A stretch of 64,000 nt of DNA from contig JADEYG010000003.1 in NCBI GenBank assembly GCA_016906335.1, forward strand, positions 248,001-312,000, given 5' to 3'. The first letter of the stretch is position 1. The number at the start of each line of letters is the position of its first letter. The translations under genes and the position numbers were made by a program. Below, in pieces: positions 12,723 through 25,052 of the stretch. This DNA comes from Novakomyces olei (Eukaryota). A model generated the notes under the pieces. It saw only the letters and a program-made list of their open reading frames with translations, did no database searches and had not been told where the DNA came from.

Positions 12723-13820
12723 ATGGCCAGCGGATTGGACCAGACTTTGGACGAAATTATTGGCTCGCACAAAGTACTGCAGCATTTTGACGACAACGCG
12801 CTAACAAACAGAACGGCCGTTCACGGCCTGAGCGTAGTTCTCGTCGTGCAGAGCCATATAATAAGGTAAGAATTGCGCAAAACTTGGAGGATGTTCAACG
12901 TGATAAAGACCTTCTTCTAATCTAATGCGCCTTGCAAAGGTATTTGAATTTCGGCTACTTGTCGATGACATAAACTAACTCGACGGGAAATAAGCCATCG
13001 GACTCTTTTACAATCGGCAAAATCGCTGTAGACTCGTATCGTTATTCAGTGTATTCTTTGCTTTAACACAGTGTAGGAAACGAGTCCGGTTTGAAAACAT
13101 ACATTACGACATCACTCAAGACGATTTGGAGGTAATTATTGCCGCTTGCCTGCTCATAAATTTATCGCTTGACCTATGTACTAATTGAAGAAACTCGTAT
13201 CTTCATTGGATTCGAATGCCAAAGTCAGGCTCAATTACGATAGGGCCGGACGCTCTGAAGGCACGGCGGAGATCAATTTTTCGTCTGCAGAAATCGCAGA
13301 TGCTGCTGTGAAAAAGTTTAATGGGGCTCCTGCAGCAGGTATTGTCTTCTTTGCTTGGCTAAGTCTTTTGGTTTTTTAAGTATTGTCTTGACTCAAGTGT
13401 TTTTTTGTCCTTGTTTTTCTATATTTTGCATGCTCGTTTTTATATTTAATATTTAATATTTAAATATTTGTTATTAATTTTAAATTTTTGATAATAAACA
13501 TTTTTTGTCGTTTACTACTCATGGCTAACGAATGTCAAGGACAGAAAATTAGCGTTTTCAAAGTTGCAGAGGGAAGTCGGCGTAGTTCATCATTAGGTGA
13601 ACGTATTCATGGATCAAGGCCTCTTACCGTTGGAGGACCTGGAAAGTTCAGACGCGGAACTCGACCACGTGGCGCCGGTAGGGGAGAGAAACGTGACTCT
13701 CCGCGAGCTAGAGAAGCTCCAAAATCACAACAAGATTTGGATGCGGAATTGGATAGCTATATGAACCAGGCGACAGAACATTCAAAACCGGAACAGGCAT
13801 CGGAGATGAACGTTGACTAG
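12723..13820 (+). CDS. YRA1: mRNA export adaptor Yra1/Mlo3/ALYREF family
   Basis: N-box LDQTLDEII; RRM (VRFENIHYDITQDDLE...YDRAGRSEGTAEINF); C-box KSQQDLDAELDSYM. Five-intron model; exon 3 boundaries are less certain. Confidence 0.8.
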
Positions 13821-14079
13821 TCATTGGAATTCAAAGTCTTGTATGAATAACTTCAGTTTGCCTAGAGGTACATTTATAAAATGTAAATATAAATAGATTG
13901 TACATTTATATTTATCTTCTTATTTACCACGAAGATTCTATCACAATAGTGAAATGCTACTAATCCTTCAACTCCTCGAAGTATTAAATTGCGTGCTCTC
14001 TCCTTTGCAATAATCGTCTATTCTATTATTTCCTTACATATTTTATCCCTCAAAAAAAGGACATAAAAACAAAACGCGT

Positions 14080-15668
14080 CTAGATGTGTATCCTTCGCAG
14101 CAATTCGACACGTGCCATCCTTTTCTCCTCAACTGCACGACTCAGCAAGGTTGAATTTTCATCGGCTCGTCGGATCAGATATGGCAGCGTCTCCGTCACT
14201 GTACCATAAGGCATATACTTGTACACAGTCACAGACGGTGATGTCATATCACAGACTTCAGAGACAAGCAACTTTGTTAGGTCATCTCGCATCCCGTACA
14301 GCTGCGCAAATCCGACGCTTCGGTTCGAATCTGCGCCATTAACCTTCGCTTTCCTATTTTTCAGTAATTTTACAGCCAGCTGGCACGACTCGGCGTTGTG
14401 AGTGGCGATAATGAGCCCAAAAGCGTCTATTTCGCTTTCCAACAAGTATTTGACGCTTGCATTAAAAGCCTCATCTGTCTCTTCTTTTGAAGCATGAAAA
14501 GCAGCACGATGATCTTTTTCTGATTCCAAATAAGCGCCACGAACCAATTTAATGCCCAGTACAAACTTTCCCCGAGCGAGATCAAGATGCTTGTGCAGTA
14601 AAGGCGTAGCCGCTCTGGTGTACATTTGAAAGGTATTATAAACGATCGGCGGCCGGCCAAGTGTATTGTATTTGCTCGACAAATCAAGAGCCAAGGTGTC
14701 CAGTGCCTGTTGAAAGTAAGTTTGCTCGGCGTCAATTAGTAGCTTGACTCCCAGATCTCCACTCTTTTGACAAAGCTGCTCAAGATGAGTGTAGAGTAGA
14801 GAAAGCAATTGCTGGTCCTCCAAAGTCAAGTTTGAAGACTGTACTGCTCCCTGGAAACTGCTGGCCCCGTGTGTCGCAATGTGTGAGTTTAGTTGTAACA
14901 GCGATGCTGGATTAGTCATCCCGGTGATTTTGATTGCCACACAGTTGTTGGGCATGTTTGCTGCAATCTGAATTGCCTCCATTAAATCGGCAGTTTTAGA
15001 TTGCGTTAGCGCGGTAAAACTGCCAGAGTCTTGGACGGGTCCAGACACGTCGCTTTCCACACTGTGGTTTAGGATAACATGGATGTTTTGCGCCGCCAGT
15101 CTTTGTATAGTAGCAGCCGTCTCTTCCGAACTTTCTCCCCTACATGATGTGAGCGACAATTGCAGAATAAAAGAGATCAGAATCGAAAATTAAGACTGGA
15201 AAATAAAGCCTGAAAATATAGATTTGAAGAATAAAAATAATAATAAAAAAAGCATGAAAATTAAAATATCATCTGCTGCATTGGCACTACAAAACCTTAC
15301 CCGCAGAATTGTTTATAAAAGGTAAATCGCAGAGGGCCCTCGATCAGTTTCAAAAGATTCAGCCTTTGCAGCCCAGACACAAAATGTTTCCCCAGCGCGA
15401 CGAGGCTCGGATGCGACAGAGTCCAGTAAGAGACGTACTGCCGTAGCACTTGTGTCCACGGCCAATCGGCAAAGACCCTCGACTCGGATTCCTTTAGCTT
15501 TGTCCCGTGCAGATCAGCGCTTCCTGTGCCTGAACTTCCGAACCTTGAGCCAGCGCAGTTAACGCGGGATATTAAAAACATATTCCTGGCTAAATGTGCT
15601 TGATTTAAAGTTTTTGCCGGTTGCACAAGAGCCCGAGCGCTCATCGCTCGTGCGACTGTAGAGCTCAT
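14080..15668 (-). CDS. PUT1: Mitochondrial proline dehydrogenase
   Basis: Presequence-like N-terminus; FYKQFCG|GES; LLIDAEQTYFQ, KLVRGAYL, ATHNAES, FAQLYGM, YMPYG...PYLIRRADEN. Confidence 0.93.
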
Positions 15669-15745
15669 GGCGGCTAGATCGTGCGAGAGCCTGTGTCATA
15701 GATAATAACACATCAATTATTTATATTATGGGAGATTCTCGTTCC

Positions 15746-15769
15746 CGGGTACATGCACCCGCTGATAAG
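15746..15769. promoter_or_regulatory. Put3-type site CGG-N10-CCG with adjacent GATAAG
   Basis: CGGGTACATGCACCCG at 15746-15761 (near-palindrome) and GATAAG at 15764-15769, 78 bp upstream of the PUT1 ATG. More GATAA/TTATC sites at about 15813-15838. Confidence 0.7.
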
Positions 15770-16298
15770 ACCGTACCGCATTGCCGGTACGACTATGTAA
15801 TTTTAGGTGATATTGATAATTATCGTTATCTGATTATCCGCTTTATATAGTGAGACTTGGGTGCCTTTAAAGTACGCGAGAGTTGATCTTGCACCGCGTC
15901 GCTAATTCGATGCAAACAAAACAAGCAATGCCAAATAATTTGGGGTTGCTGGTGCAGATCTGATAATTCTTCTATTGCTCACTCGGTCCACTGGCTTTCT
16001 TGTTTTATTTGAGCATTTACAATCATTATCATTGGATTTATATCATAAGCCTTGCAAGCCAAGCAGGGAAGAGCCGGCCATTCCTTAAGGAAAAGAAAGA
16101 TTAGACAAAAAAAAGATTAGGTTTAGTAGCAAAGCAAAATATCATTCGAAAACCCTCAAAGTTAATGTTCATTTTATAATATATTAATTAATTCAGAGTG
16201 CCACAAGTCAGTGATATATTAATTGTCTAGTATAAAACTCTAATTATATACTGAATAAAAAGTGCACAAACTAGATCAAACTTAGTGCAAACTAGCAC

Positions 16299-19107
16299 AT
16301 GTCCCAGGTTCCATATGCCGTCACAGAGCTACTACGGCGCCGGCAACGGCGCCGTGTACCAGACAGCGAGCGGAAACGTGGCCGGTTGGCCTGCTCATTA
16401 TGCCGACGCAAAAAGCTCAAGTGCGATGGAAGTTTGCCCTGCCGAAATTGTATGAGAGCCGACGTGCCATGCAACTTTGTCGCCTCTCCGGCCCCCGATT
16501 TGAACACAACAAAACAGTAAGATTTAAGAGACATGAAAATGATTAGAAAAAGATTTAAATCAAAAAAAGAAAAGAAAAAGAAGAAAAAAAAAAGAAACGG
16601 AGATACAAATAAATCAATCTCTAAATTGAATCAGAATCAAATTCTAATGGCACAGACACGTGCAAAACTTGGAACGACGTCAGATTCTGTTGGAAGAGAT
16701 TGTGAAACGGACGTATCCCCTTTTGCCGCTAGATACCTTTTGCTTGGAACCTTTAGTGGAGGAAATAAAGCAGCGTGACGATTGCCGTGCTTATATTGAT
16801 TCACTGGACTCGAGATTCGCAGTGGATGCAAAGATTGTGGCGGATTCAAAAACTCCCCCTCACGATGGAACAGGGACGTTGGAAAATAAAAAGAAAATTG
16901 CGGAACAAGCGCCGCTTGCTGTAGTAGACGGGGTTGGCAGATTACTAATAGAAGCAATCGGGGTCACACATTATATAGGCGAATCAGCTGGATGGTGCTT
17001 TATCGATAAAATTAGACATTTTGTGGGAATGAACGCGTTCAAATACGATGTGGTTGAGCATTACAAACAGTATATTTCCGGGAATACTACTTTCCAAGCA
17101 GTTTACACTCCTCATTCTGCATGCAGCCTTATTCCCGCTGAACCAGCCTTGAACTATTTCATTGATTGTTATTACAAATGCGTTCAACAATGCTATTCCA
17201 TAATTCACCCTCTCGTATTCCAGCAAAGGTTCGATGCCTTAAAACGTGATCGGGAAACTCCGGGTTTTGCTCAAAGAAATATCGACGCACCATTTGTTTG
17301 TGTGCTTCTTATGATGACAGCTCTAGGCCGTGAATTTTGCAATCTTTTGGACCCAGTGAATCGGCCCTTTGCGGCCGATTCGCCTGACGCGAAAAGTGGA
17401 AGCGTATATTACGAGGCCGCTCGATCGCTGGTGCCTCAAATTATTGGCAGTCGTAACATATGTTCAATCCAGGCAATGATGCTAATGAGCATCTTTGCGC
17501 AGAGCACCCGTGAGCGCGATGTCGCTTACACTTACCTCGGAATTGCACAAAGTCTAGCTATTTCATCGGGTCTGCATAGATCTTGTTCCCTAGAATCTTC
17601 ACAACAAAAGGCAAATAAGCTGGAACTGCCCGTAGTCGAGCTGAGGAATAGATTATGGTGGTCCTTGCAATGCCTAGACCGGTTTCTCTGCTTATCATTG
17701 GGCAGACCTATCTCGGTTTATGCTACAGAATTCGATACACCGTTGCCGAGCGAGCTTCCTTTGCTGCATTCGGCCTCGAGCAATACGTTTTACCTTCGTA
17801 CAATGGCGAAAATATCAATGCTTAACGAACTGGTTTCATTGAAGATATATCAACTTCCAAAGGTATCATCCTTGAAGTGTTGTGCACTCGACTTCAGTAA
17901 TTATTTTAATGAATTAAGAACTCAAAACTCAATCTCAACATTTCAAATATAAATTTTCGAATTTGAAAGCATTCACAATTTTTACAATATTTACAATTTA
18001 CGTATTTGCTCTTTTTGTTTATTTAATTGACGACTAACGATTCAGTATTCGACAGCTAATAATGGCCTATTATTTGCCCGTGCACAACTCGTTGTTGACG
18101 AATTGAATCAGTTCGAGATTGAATATATTCCTCAGCTTGACCTGACAAAAGCCCCGCCACGATCCTATCAGTTTCGAACAATATGTTACATAAGACTGCA
18201 CTTTTACCAAACTGTTTTATTAGCCACACGGCCTTTTCTGCTTTACAAAGTAAAAAGGGGATCTGGTCTTGAGCAATTAAATATCCTTACTGAAAAGTGT
18301 CTTGATGCTGCCCGTGCCCAAGCTCACTTGTTGTATGAGCTGAAAAAGAATGATTTAATATCTTTATTTTCCTTTTATGATTATCATTTCTGTTGTGCCT
18401 GTCTTTTTGTGCTGTACTTAAACGAAGTCGCTTCTACTGCTGATGTGCGAAATATTGAGGCAATGAACAAGGGCCATTATGTACTGGAGTACCTTGCTAA
18501 TGGCCTGGATGCCGCAAAGACTAGCCTCGAAATGCTTCGAGAGCTTGAGGCTGCCGTTGTCCTCTGTCACTCGAGATCGCAGCCTCCTTCTCATTTGGCA
18601 GCACAGCCTTTACATGCGGCAATGGATAATGGACTGCTGTTGGAGAATGCTCAGATCAGCAGTAGCATCGAGCAACCAGCTGCTTTGAATTTACAGCCTG
18701 GAAACTTTAGAAGTCAGCATAGAAAAGGGAAACGCTCTCAATCAAACAGCACAGACTTCACTGCAATAAACAAAGAAAGGGCGAATAATAGTACGAAATT
18801 TGTAGCGCAAAGTCCGTCTCAAAACGACTCTAGGCCAACCAGAAAAGACAATGGCTTTAAAGCCAAAAATTGTCCTGATACATTTAATGTCGACTGTGAA
18901 AAAGGCGCACTTGTCCAGGATGAAGGCATTAAATTTGGTACTGCAAACTTTAATCTGGACAATTGTAGTCCGTCGTTTGAACAGATTATTGAATTTGTCA
19001 ATCAAGACTTTAGCTTCGAGGCTAATATGGATGCATTTCTTCCCTGGGGCTCAAGCATCATCGAAGAGCCAATTCCGTTTGACGACAGTTTAGGTTATAC
19101 GTTTTGA
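16299..19107 (+). CDS. Zn(II)2Cys6 transcription factor with fungal middle homology domain (candidate proline-utilisation regulator)
   Basis: ACSLCRRKKLKCDGSLPCRNCMRADVPC; two introns join the three ORFs; SGLHR...RNRLWWSLQCLDRFLCLSLGRP; acidic C-terminal tail. Confidence 0.88.
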
Positions 19108-19193
19108 ATCAATACGCAACAGCCTACTGGAGCGCAAACAAAAAGTATACGCTGATGCTCTGTACATTTAATCGGTCTTTATACACAATGAGG

Positions 19194-21644
19194 CTATACA
19201 TGTACAATCATATGATCCCGCTCGAGCTTTTGAAACTCGTAAACGACCCGCTCGTATCCCTTGTAGAGCTCAGCTGAGCTTTGCCTACGATCAGTCGTAT
19301 TTGCAAATGAAGCATCGTCTTCCGATGCAGAGGTAGCAGGCCGGGAAGCAGGCGGAAAAGTCTCGTTTTTCAAATGGTAAAGCGATGCGACAAAAGCATC
19401 GTTGAATATCTCGTCGATTTCAACGGGTCGGAACTCTGGCACAGATCCATACCCGGTGCGCCTGAGCTGCACTGCCTGCTCAAACTCGTGCCGATCCAGG
19501 ACTCTGGCCAGGGTAGGCAGCATTTCAGGGTCAATAACCCTATCGGCACTACCCTCATATTCAGCCAGGCGGGTGGCGACCCGGGTCAGCCCGTTTTCAC
19601 CGACGACGAGTACCAACAGTCGGCGCTGGTACGGGGAAAACGTGTAGCCCAGTGCACACAAGGACTCCCGGATGGAAAGTGCCTTTTGTGAAATAAAAGG
19701 CACGAGCGTACAGGCCTGCAAGCAGGCATCCACACACGATGAAGAAGGCGTAGACTTGACTTTGCCACCAATGAGCTGTGAGAACGCGTCGATAGCGAGC
19801 TGAGGAGCTCCGCATTGGAGGTAGCACTCAACAACGAGTTCACGAATAAAGGTTTCATTGGCAAAGTTTGTAGTTTGCAGCCCGTTTAGCACTCGGCGTA
19901 ATGCCGGTTCGCTGCGGAACTTTTTCAATCCTTGAATCATTGTTTCATAGAGCTCTGGAGATGATTGGAAGTGTGCTGACCTTTGGATGTCTGCGAAAAT
20001 ACGGAGCGGCCGCTGTACGTCACGGTCGTGCTCTAGCGACCACTGCAAAAATTCCCAATAAATTTTGGGTGATATTTGCAGAGCTGCAGATGCTGATAAA
20101 ACACAATAAATTTCGAAAATAAGGTCAGTAGGGTACCCGTGGCCTTTTGCTTTTCCACCATTTGCTTTTCCGCCTTTTGTGTTTGTGAAAAGGGTACCGA
20201 TTGCATTTATACAGGGCCGTTGTGCTTCTGGATGCTTTAATGCGAACTGTAATATAGCCATTAGTGGCTCTTGCAGTGATGCAAAGTCCCTTTCCTCTGT
20301 TTTACAGTACTCGACAGCACACGCAATACACTCTGCGAGATCGTTGGGCCTTATTTTCGGCCCTTGATCAGACGATAAGAGCGAGAGCACGTTGGCCAGG
20401 GAGATTGTTGTTTCATCAGTAATGGCAGAGATTAGTAAATGTTTGACTGCCCTGCTCTCCAGATCAGCAGGCATTTGCATGGCTTGGACAATGTAATTGG
20501 CAAGTTTGCCGTCCCCGGCCAACAATGAGGCCAGGAAAATCAAGTACTGTTTCTCCTGAGGCCCTACATTAATGTTCCAGCCAATAATCGTTATAAGCGC
20601 GTTTCCAATCGTGGCTAAACCCAGCTTTGCTGACCTTTCCAGTATTAAATTGAACGTCTCAAAGTCCGGCAGGCCCTTGGCTCGAAACTCTGGGGCTTCA
20701 AGTTTATCAATAACTTGGTCGATACATGCCTTTTCGCCGCTTGATAGCTTGACAAGCAGACGCAAGTTTTCCCGTGTTGTTTCCCTTACATTAAATTGGT
20801 CTAAAAGACACAACAAGTATTTACATCTCTCCAACGTTTGCCCAACCTCCCCCGGCCGGGGCAGAATTAGATCGCTGCTTAAAAAAAGGCTAAATGTCTG
20901 TGAATCCGGCGCCGGACCACGCGCCACCATCTCCTCGAAAACGCCCCATGCTGGCTCCATCATACCAGATCGTAAAAACCGGGATATAATAGCGTTGTAA
21001 GCGGCCAGGGGCAGGACGGGAAAGAGCGAGCTAGCCAGGTCCAGTGCGCTTGTAAGAGCAGCAATATCATCGCTAGCAGCAAATGCTTCAATAAAATGCG
21101 CCCAATCATCACAGTCAGCACTGCATGTACCAGAGTCGGACCATTGCAAAAGCGCTTTGATAGCAAACTCCTCTTCTCCAGCCCGGCAGAAATAAAATAT
21201 GGCCATTTGCATAAAATCAATAGTCTTGTCTGCCACTTTTGCAAAAACGGCTTTCGCTAGTCGGACATGGCTTGCGCTGGTAGTCGAGGCTGTTGTAATG
21301 GCTTCAAAGAAATATTGGAGACCTACGCGAGTTACAGGATCCAATTCCCGGTCCAATTGCTCAAATGCCTCTGCGTAATGAGCAGCCTGATCTTGAGAGG
21401 GACAAGGCTGAACTTTGCTCTGTTTTATGGACTGCAACAGCCGATCAAGCGACACTTTTTCCAGAGATTTCCGCTGAACCCACGATTGGAACAGCTGCCG
21501 AAGTCCGGCAGTGTGGTTAGTAGAGGCTGCTGAGCTATAACGCTTCTCATTAGAGCGCAATAAAATGCCTCTTGCTCTTGTACACCCGCTAAATTCGTGC
21601 GCTACTTCGCGGCCGCGAAGACCGCGGGACACGCACTGCCTCAT
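19194..21644 (-). CDS. Mitochondrial PPR-repeat protein (possibly CIA84-like)
   Basis: Intronless 816 aa; Arg-rich presequence-like start; clear PPR motif AYNAIISRFLRSGMMEPAWGVFEEMVARGPAPDSQTF plus degenerate repeats. Confidence 0.7.
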   Translation of the reverse strand: MRQCVSRGLRGREVAHEFSGCTRARGILLRSNEKRYSSAASTNHTAGLRQLFQSWVQRKSLEKVSLDRLLQSIKQSKVQPCPSQDQAAHYAEAFEQLDRELDPVTRVGLQYFFEAITTASTTSASHVRLAKAVFAKVADKTIDFMQMAIFYFCRAGEEEFAIKALLQWSDSGTCSADCDDWAHFIEAFAASDDIAALTSALDLASSLFPVLPLAAYNAIISRFLRSGMMEPAWGVFEEMVARGPAPDSQTFSLFLSSDLILPRPGEVGQTLERCKYLLCLLDQFNVRETTRENLRLLVKLSSGEKACIDQVIDKLEAPEFRAKGLPDFETFNLILERSAKLGLATIGNALITIIGWNINVGPQEKQYLIFLASLLAGDGKLANYIVQAMQMPADLESRAVKHLLISAITDETTISLANVLSLLSSDQGPKIRPNDLAECIACAVEYCKTEERDFASLQEPLMAILQFALKHPEAQRPCINAIGTLFTNTKGGKANGGKAKGHGYPTDLIFEIYCVLSASAALQISPKIYWEFLQWSLEHDRDVQRPLRIFADIQRSAHFQSSPELYETMIQGLKKFRSEPALRRVLNGLQTTNFANETFIRELVVECYLQCGAPQLAIDAFSQLIGGKVKSTPSSSCVDACLQACTLVPFISQKALSIRESLCALGYTFSPYQRRLLVLVVGENGLTRVATRLAEYEGSADRVIDPEMLPTLARVLDRHEFEQAVQLRRTGYGSVPEFRPVEIDEIFNDAFVASLYHLKNETFPPASRPATSASEDDASFANTTDRRQSSAELYKGYERVVYEFQKLERDHMIVHV

Positions 21645-21920
21645 TGCATTTCCCTGTTATGCGTGCCAGTCTGTTTGTTGGAAAAAAGCAAGTGCTCACG
21701 CTTGTTTCATGCTAAACCATCTTGCCTTTGCGTTGAAGCGCTTCGTCCAGTCTAAACTGCATTAAAGAATTGTTTGCTGCTTGTTTAGGGTTAATTAGGC
21801 TCTATTAGGGTTAACACCGACCATTATTAAATAATAAATAATAAATAATAATTAATAATTAATAATTAATAATTAAAAATAATTAAATCAGAATAAAATA
21901 GTTGAATTGAATGCCAATGC

Positions 21921-21981
21921 CTTATTTTATTTTATTTTATTTTATTTTATTTTATTTTATTTTATTTTATTTTATTTTATT
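21921..21981. repeat. (TTTTA)n microsatellite
   Basis: About 12 copies visible. Confidence 0.9.
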
Positions 21982-22168
21982 AAAACAGGTGCTTGTCAAG
22001 TCTATCTTTTACTAGATTAATTGTTTTGTCTCGTACAAACAAGGCCGAAGATTACTTGTAGTCCGGCTCACACTATTTTGTCTATAATATATTAGTTTGG
22101 AGCGCGTTGTGTTCAGATTACCCCATATTTCGGCAAACAGTCATACACAGATTACCGCTCCCGATACA

Positions 22169-23798
22169 ATGGCAGTTCAAATAGGGAAACAGACGTTTGT
22201 ACTGAACGCGGCTTACCCGCGCTCTCGGCAAGATTCTCAATATAATCGCGAGAGGCCATTGAAGATCGAAGCCAATGTTTATCGTGCCAGCGACAAATCT
22301 CGGCTGGCTGCGACAGAGTACAATCTGATGCTGCTACACGCCACGGGTCTCGTTAAGGAATGCTGGGAGCCGTTAGTGCCGAGGCTTTTTGCAAAAGTAC
22401 GCGGGCACTAGTTATAAGATTTTAATTATTTTCAGGACTCGGCAATTGACAGCATTGTAGCAATCGATCTAGTCAATCACGGGAACTCTGCTCTCTTGAA
22501 TCAAGATAATATCGGCGTAACACAGTCATGGCTGGATCACTCGAGGGATACACTCGCAGTCATTGATCAATTGAATCTAGACAAGCCTTTTGTGCTTGTT
22601 GGGCACTCGATTGGAGGCTCTACCGCGTATGCTTGTGCAATTATTGTGTATCATTTATTAATTAATTAATTAATTATTTTTATTTTTATTTTTATTTTTA
22701 TTTTTATTTTTGCATTAGCCGTTTTTCTTTATAAATCTGCTAAAAACAGGCTGACTACAATGTGGCGGCGACCAAAGTATTTCGTTGGTTCTATTGTCTT
22801 TGAGCCGATTGCCAGTGATAAAGTGCAGCCGAGAATGGGGATAATTATTGATCGGATCGCTAAGCGAGCAGACGTTTTTCCTTCGCGTGAACAAGTTGCC
22901 TCGGCATTTAAACGGTCTCCGATGTTTAAGTACTTTGACGAGGATGTGTTTGCGAAATATATAGAGTATGCGTTTACCGAGTGCCCGCCACACAGCAGTC
23001 TGCCGACACGGACGCCGTGGGTCGATGGTTCATGCCGAAGTAAAGTCACGGCTTTCCAGGATGCAGTAAGTATCGGTCAGAAAAATTGGAACATAAAAAA
23101 ATAAATAAAAAACAAAAAAATAAAACATGAACAAGAGAATGAAAATTTAAGTGAACGAGAAATGAAAATTAACAAGTTCCTAGTATTCCTACTTTGATTC
23201 AGACCCGGGCCAGCTTACTGGGCAAGAAGCTACGTTTGTTCTAGTGCCTACAATTGTGGATTCCGTTATGTACATTAAGGCATCAAGAGGATCATGGACG
23301 TAAACATGCCTTTTATTCATATATATTCTATTTTCCACTTTAGGTTGCCGTTTTTGCGTTCACCGTTACTTGGTTTACTGCCTTTTCTCTCAATTATAGT
23401 CTGATCCAGTTTTGACTCATTTAGTGTACCCGAGTCTGAAGAGCGATTGGCAAAAATGACGCAAAGAGGCAGGTTAGGGATGATTGAAGGGTCGCATATG
23501 GCTCCGATGGAAAACCCTTCAGAATTCGGTATGACATTTTTATATTCTTTTGTATATTTATGTTTTGTTTATTCCTATCAATTTCATTTTCTGTATTTTC
23601 GTCTCATTTATTGAATTCTTCATTTTCTTTGTACTTACAAGCTTTGTAGCAAACAAGGTCGTGTCGAGTATCCCGGAAATGATCAAATTATACAGGCAAG
23701 ATCGGTCAGGCAGTGATCCTCGGCTGCGCAGCAAGGAATACATCCAAAATCAGCTGGACGAGGCCTTTGCTGCGTTTAATCGGGATCCCAAGCTGTAA
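22169..23798 (+). CDS. LPX1: Peroxisomal alpha/beta-hydrolase, Lpx1-like
   Basis: Five-intron model: NLMLLHATGLVKECWEP, AIDLVNHGNSALLN, nucleophile GHSIGG, GSHMAPMENP, and C-terminal PKL (PTS1-like). Confidence 0.75.
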
Positions 23799-24389
23799 AA
23801 TAAATTCAAAAAATGGAACGCTTTTACGGGCGAAATGTACTACTGACAATGCTTTGCATTGTTACTTTAGCCAAATGATGGTGCGGACAAAAAGACTCTA
23901 ACGAATTGCACAGAGACGAATATTATATTGCCAGCGGAAAACTATACTGGTCCTATTAGCGATGACAGTCCCACAGATAGTGTAAATATTTTGCGTATAA
24001 TTAGTCTCATTATGAATAATATAAAAGCCAAAATATGCAAGGAAGAATACTAGATCAAAAGAAAGTGGTTTAATGCTTTTTTCTGTCCAAAAAAATCGTT
24101 GCTCTCGACGGTCGAGTATTTATTTGTTCCGACCCACGATTTCCGACTTTTGTTGCTGATTCTAAACACAAATCGTAAATTTGACAAGTACTCCAATCAT
24201 AACGATTCTAAATTAAATAGACTCAAACACTGTGCAACTGAATAATGGCTTGGGTTATGATATTCCTTTTGTTTTGCGTAAAATTATCCTCCTTTCACGT
24301 TTGAAGACATGGGAAGTCTGCCTTTAAATATGGAAATCTGCCACTTTGTCCAAAAACAAAATTTAAAAAAGATAAAAAAAAAATGCACA

Positions 24390-24987
24390 CTACAAAGGTT
24401 TTTCTTCGTGGTTCACGAACGCTTCACGTTTACCACCGGTCCCAGCAGATACGTCCGCATACTCAAGCTCATCATCCTCGTCGTTCCCATAGACTTCCGG
24501 GTGCATTCTAAAACAGTTTTGCATTGCTTGGAACTGATCAATGCAGTCAATACCCTTCGGCTCCTTTTCACTGTACACAAAGCACGAGAAAGCCATTTTA
24601 AACTGCTCTCCACAGGGCCCATGAGCCATTCCACCCAAGCAGGGACAGTCCCAGTTTATTTCACCAGTCTCTGGGTTAAAGGCTGCCTGGTTCTCTCCGC
24701 CAGCTTCGTGTTCAGCGACCTCGGAGGACACATGACTGGCAATCTTGGCTCCTGAGTCTTCGCTCCCAGACGTGTTGCTGCCTCCACTAGGCTTTTGTCC
24801 GGACTTTGTATCAGCAGCTCCACTGCCCTGACCTCCGACTGAAATTGCATCAGCTTGATGCCTGGAAGATGAGTCTTGTTTACTAACGCCAGAAGCATGC
24901 TGTTTTTCGTGGTCAATTCCTAGTACTGTGTCACCAATCCTGTGAAGCAGGCCAGGCTCTGTATCGTTTCCAGATTGATTAGCAGAA

Positions 24988-25052
<65 letters not shown>

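Noticed and set aside
24986-25050. (GS)n tracts here and at about 27215-27300 as engineered linkers
   Set aside because: Natural hexanucleotide microsatellites in a disordered region; no vector or tag sequence nearby.
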